Source: Candidatus Doudnabacteria bacterium
Lineage (GTDB): Bacteria > Patescibacteriota > Doudnabacteria > UBA920
NCBI GenBank assembly: GCA_963837465.1
Contig: CAWINB010000004.1
Coordinates: forward strand, 74,853 to 138,852
Direction of reading: 5' to 3'
Length of the DNA: 64,000 bases
This document shows positions 60,882-64,000 of this stretch, piece by piece (the stretch's first letter is position 1; every line of letters starts with the position of its first letter). The notes under the pieces were generated by a model. It made no database searches, had not been told where the DNA came from, and saw only the letters and a program-made list of their open reading frames with translations. Position numbers and translations under genes: made by a program.

Positions 60882-60942
60882 TGCGGAAAGCTCTTTTACA
60901 ATTTGACGGGCAATTGTCAATTGTTAAAAGCTAATTGTTGTC

Positions 60943-62598
60943 CTACCCCTCCCCTGCCACCCTAAACACCTCCTCAACATCCGTAACCCCCTCCAAAGCT
61001 TTTAACAGGCCGTCCTGGGTCATGGTTATCATTCCCTGGGAGACGGCGATTTTTTTGAATTCGGCCATGGAGGTGTTTTCGGCCAGTATCAGTTTTTGCA
61101 CGGCTTCGGTGTTTTCCAGGACTTCGTAAATGCCAACACGGCCCTGGTAGCCGAGATGCCTGCATTGGTCGCAGCCGGAAGCGTGGTAAAACTGCAAATC
61201 TTTGGGTAGTTTAACTCCGGCATCGGCAGGGATTTGTTTTAAAATATACTGGATTTTTTCCATAACTCCGGGCGCAAGCAGAGCCGGTTTTTTGCAAGTC
61301 TGGCACAGGCGGCGCACCAGGCGCTGGGCCAAAACAGCGGAAAGCGCCGGCGCCACCACAAAAGCTTTAATGCCCATATTCAGCAAACGCGGAATCGCCC
61401 CGGCGGCATCGTTGGTATGCAGAGTAGAAAAAACCATATGTCCGGTCAGCGCCGCCTGCATAGCCACTTCTGCGGTTTCCTGGTCGCGGATTTCACCGAC
61501 CATCACAATATCCGGGTCCTGCCGCAAAATAGCGCGCAAACCCTTGGCAAAATCAAAATCCACGTTGTGGTCTATGGGAGTTTGCACAATCCCCTCCAGC
61601 TTGTATTCCACCGGATCTTCCAAAGTAATAATTTTTACGCCTGGCTCGTTAAGCTGGTTTAAAAAAGCGTACAGGCTGGTGGTTTTGCCGCTGCCGGTGG
61701 GGCCGGTGGTAATAATCATACCGTTGGGCTTTTGCAATTGCCGCTCCAATACGCTTAAAGCCTGGTCGGAAAAACCCAAATCTTTTAATTTTAAACTGGT
61801 GGCGCCCGTGCCCAAAAGCCGCATAACAATTTCTTCGCCGTAAGCGCTTGGCAGGGTGGAAACACGCACGTCTATGGCTTTGCCCAAATAGTGGAAAGTA
61901 ATGCGCCCGTCCTGCGGGATGTTGTCAACATTTAGCTTAAGCTTGGATAAAATTTTAATGCGGGTCACAATCGTGCGCTGCAAATCTTTGCTGATATGCA
62001 GCATGTCCTGCAGCACGCCGTCCACCCGGAAACGCAATTTCACGAAATGATCTTCCGGTTCAATATGGATGTCGGAAGATTTATAAAACATGCCCGCGCC
62101 AAAAATAATTTCCAGAAGCCCGCTGCCGTTTATCTTTTTTTGCTCGTCTTCGGACTTAAGCAAATCCAGCAGCTTGCCGTAATCTTCCTGCTTTTCCACG
62201 CGCACGGACTCGTCGGCGAGTATTTTGGGCCGCGCAACCTTACTGTAAAATTTTAAGGTCTGCTGCAGGCTTTTTTGGGAAATAAAATACAGGGTGACTT
62301 TATTTTTTTTGGACAGTTCCGCGACTTTTTCCAAAAGCAACGGATGGCGCGGCTGGGTCACGCCAACGCGCAGGTCGTTCAGCTCCTTGTAAAAAGGTAC
62401 GGCGCCCATTTCTTTGGCCTCATCCTCGGTAAAAATGCCGAGCACGCTCAAATCCACGGGAAAATGATGCAGGTCAATGTAAGGCAAGCCCAGACTGCCC
62501 GCCTTTCCTTGGGTTTCTTCTTCCTGCATTTTGCGGTTTAGGTCGTCCAGGCTTTCCTGCAGCTGCTGGGGAGTGCCGGATAAAAATCTGTCGCTCAT
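60943..62598 (-). CDS. GspE/PilB-family secretion/pilus ATPase
   Basis: SDIHIEP, GPTGSGKTT, LEDPVE, LRQDPD, GHMVFSTLHTN, CQTC/CDQC. Confidence 0.93.
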   Translation of the reverse strand: MSDRFLSGTPQQLQESLDDLNRKMQEEETQGKAGSLGLPYIDLHHFPVDLSVLGIFTEDEAKEMGAVPFYKELNDLRVGVTQPRHPLLLEKVAELSKKNKVTLYFISQKSLQQTLKFYSKVARPKILADESVRVEKQEDYGKLLDLLKSEDEQKKINGSGLLEIIFGAGMFYKSSDIHIEPEDHFVKLRFRVDGVLQDMLHISKDLQRTIVTRIKILSKLKLNVDNIPQDGRITFHYLGKAIDVRVSTLPSAYGEEIVMRLLGTGATSLKLKDLGFSDQALSVLERQLQKPNGMIITTGPTGSGKTTSLYAFLNQLNEPGVKIITLEDPVEYKLEGIVQTPIDHNVDFDFAKGLRAILRQDPDIVMVGEIRDQETAEVAMQAALTGHMVFSTLHTNDAAGAIPRLLNMGIKAFVVAPALSAVLAQRLVRRLCQTCKKPALLAPGVMEKIQYILKQIPADAGVKLPKDLQFYHASGCDQCRHLGYQGRVGIYEVLENTEAVQKLILAENTSMAEFKKIAVSQGMITMTQDGLLKALEGVTDVEEVFRVAGEG

Positions 62599-62710
62599 TT
62601 TTTTTGTTTCAGAAACTTTTAATTTCGTTTTTCTATTATAACATCGGCTATAAAAAAGCAAAAGCGGGCGATTAGCCCATCAGTGCGTCAGATAATCAGC
62701 TGGCTGCTGT

Positions 62711-63877
62711 TTACTGACTACTGATTAACAGCCCACTTTCCAAGCTCTTCAAAAAACGCTGCTGCAGCGCTTCCAGGGTTTGGCCGTCAAAATCCTGTTC
62801 AACAACCCTGTGGCGGCCGAAAGATATATCTAAAACTTTGGCTTCCGGCCCAAGAGCTGACAAAAAACCTTCCAGCGGCAAAGACTCATGGATGGCGACC
62901 AGCAGTTTGGCCGAAGATTTATCCGGCTGGGCCAAAAGCGCTATTAACCTATAGCCGCTGACGCTGTCCACAAACTCCTTTAAGGCCGGCAGCAAGTCCA
63001 GCGGCGAACTTTGGGCTTTTTCAAAATCAGCCGGAGCCAGGGCCGAGTAAATAATTTTAGCGTCTTCCAGAATTGTCATGCGCGCCAGGGCCCGGCCCCA
63101 GAGCTTGAGCAGGGACAACGGCTTGGTTTTGTAAATATTTTTTATAATTTCCTGCTGCCTGCCGCCCAATGCCACCAGTTCGCTGGCCTTGAGGAAACTT
63201 TTGGGCGTGGTTTGGGCGTGCTGGAAGCTGGAAGTTTTTTCTATAATGCCGGTTAAAAGGCAGGTGGCAATATCCTGGTCGATGACCTGGGATTCATAAT
63301 TTAAAAACAGTTCGGCCAAAATTTCCGAAACCGAAGTGGCCGTAACATCCACTAAATTTACGGCGCCGAAATAATCATTGCCTGCCTGGTTATCTATATT
63401 AATTTTCGGGGTTTCAAAAAACAGGTCGGTATTCTGTTCATAAAGCAATCCCGATTCTTCGGGCGATTTCAGCCCCAGGCAAAAAATAAGGTCCAGCGGA
63501 AATTTCTCCTGCGCGAACTTTAAGTCGCTTTCCGTAAACTGCCGGTCTTTGGCCTTGAGATAAATATCAACCCTGTTGTCCTGCTTTTGATAACTGACCT
63601 CGGCCAGTTCTTTATCCCTGGTGTCCACGGTTATAACCAAACTTTTGCCGGCGTCCAGTTGCGGCCTGACCGCTTCCCAGCCCGGCAAAAATTTAAGATT
63701 TTCCGGCACAGGCCCGCTGCCGGCCAAAGAAACGTCTTTTTCCAGTTTGGTTAAAAACAGCCTCAGCGCCAAAGCCGAAGCCAGGGCATTGGCCGTAACC
63801 TGAGCAGGCAGGCTGATAAGGATTTTTTGGCTCTTCTTTATTTGTTCAAAAATTTGTTCTTGTACGGATAGTTCCAT
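62711..63877 (-). CDS. DHH/NrnA-like protein with degenerate catalytic motifs
   Basis: SQKILI, NIDNQAGN in place of DHH, ATCLLTGIIEKTSSF. Confidence 0.75.
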   Translation of the reverse strand: MELSVQEQIFEQIKKSQKILISLPAQVTANALASALALRLFLTKLEKDVSLAGSGPVPENLKFLPGWEAVRPQLDAGKSLVITVDTRDKELAEVSYQKQDNRVDIYLKAKDRQFTESDLKFAQEKFPLDLIFCLGLKSPEESGLLYEQNTDLFFETPKINIDNQAGNDYFGAVNLVDVTATSVSEILAELFLNYESQVIDQDIATCLLTGIIEKTSSFQHAQTTPKSFLKASELVALGGRQQEIIKNIYKTKPLSLLKLWGRALARMTILEDAKIIYSALAPADFEKAQSSPLDLLPALKEFVDSVSGYRLIALLAQPDKSSAKLLVAIHESLPLEGFLSALGPEAKVLDISFGRHRVVEQDFDGQTLEALQQRFLKSLESGLLISSQ

Positions 63878-63906
63878 ATAAAATTAAACCGGCGAAACGT
63901 CAGAGA

Positions 63907-64000
63907 TTCCGCGCTTGGCCGCTAACGAGGCATTTTTTGAGGATGTTTGGAGACGTAGTTTACCTACGGCGATAAACACCGGAAAAAAATAACGACGTTA
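63907..64000. repeat. Dispersed ~90-bp repeat, copy 2 (runs to window edge)
   Basis: ttccgcgcttgg...ggcattttttgaggatgtttggagacgtagt...ggaaaaaaataac. Confidence 0.75.

Noticed and set aside
62634-62644. 11-nt match (tattataacat) between spacer 6 and the region upstream of gspE, suggesting self-targeting or regulation
   Set aside because: Short, AT-rich, a generic extended -10 sequence, with no T-rich PAM; expected by chance. I saw no full spacer match in the window by eye

Overview
Chromosomal window from a bacterium that looks like Patescibacteria/CPR. This is an inference from protein style, a split rpoB-rpoC spacer, few Shine-Dalgarno sites in housekeeping genes and many CPR-type palindromic insertions; the genetic code is 11. 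Housekeeping genes (valS, mscL, rpoC, rpoB, Mur ligase, FemABX, ruvA, uvrB, rpsT, polA, GspE/PilB) are interleaved with defence modules. These are a Dcm/REase/Vsr locus, a complete type V-A CRISPR-Cas locus (cas12a-cas4-cas1-cas2) whose 8-repeat array is split by an IS3 element, an orphan MazF toxin, RhuM-Fic, an AAA/RloB (AbiL-like) pair, a nonsense-broken type IIG R-M gene and a Bro-N pseudogene. The most interesting signals are non-coding. (1) One operator, AGTAWAC-N4-GTTYACC, sits at the same position inside five defence/toxin promoters, a candidate SOS/LexA-type regulon. (2) A 50-bp promoter is shared by cas12a and the type IIG R-M locus. (3) A ~50-nt promoter-to-terminator RNA converges on the orphan mazF next to cas12a. 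(4) A ~390-nt structured ncRNA lies between ruvA and uvrB. (5) A TrmB-linked array of small genes is punctuated by a repeated 39-bp palindrome. (6) The Cas12a has a CxxC...CxxC pair around Nuc and atypical PAM-contact segments. No database search could be run, so all homology calls come from recognised motifs.
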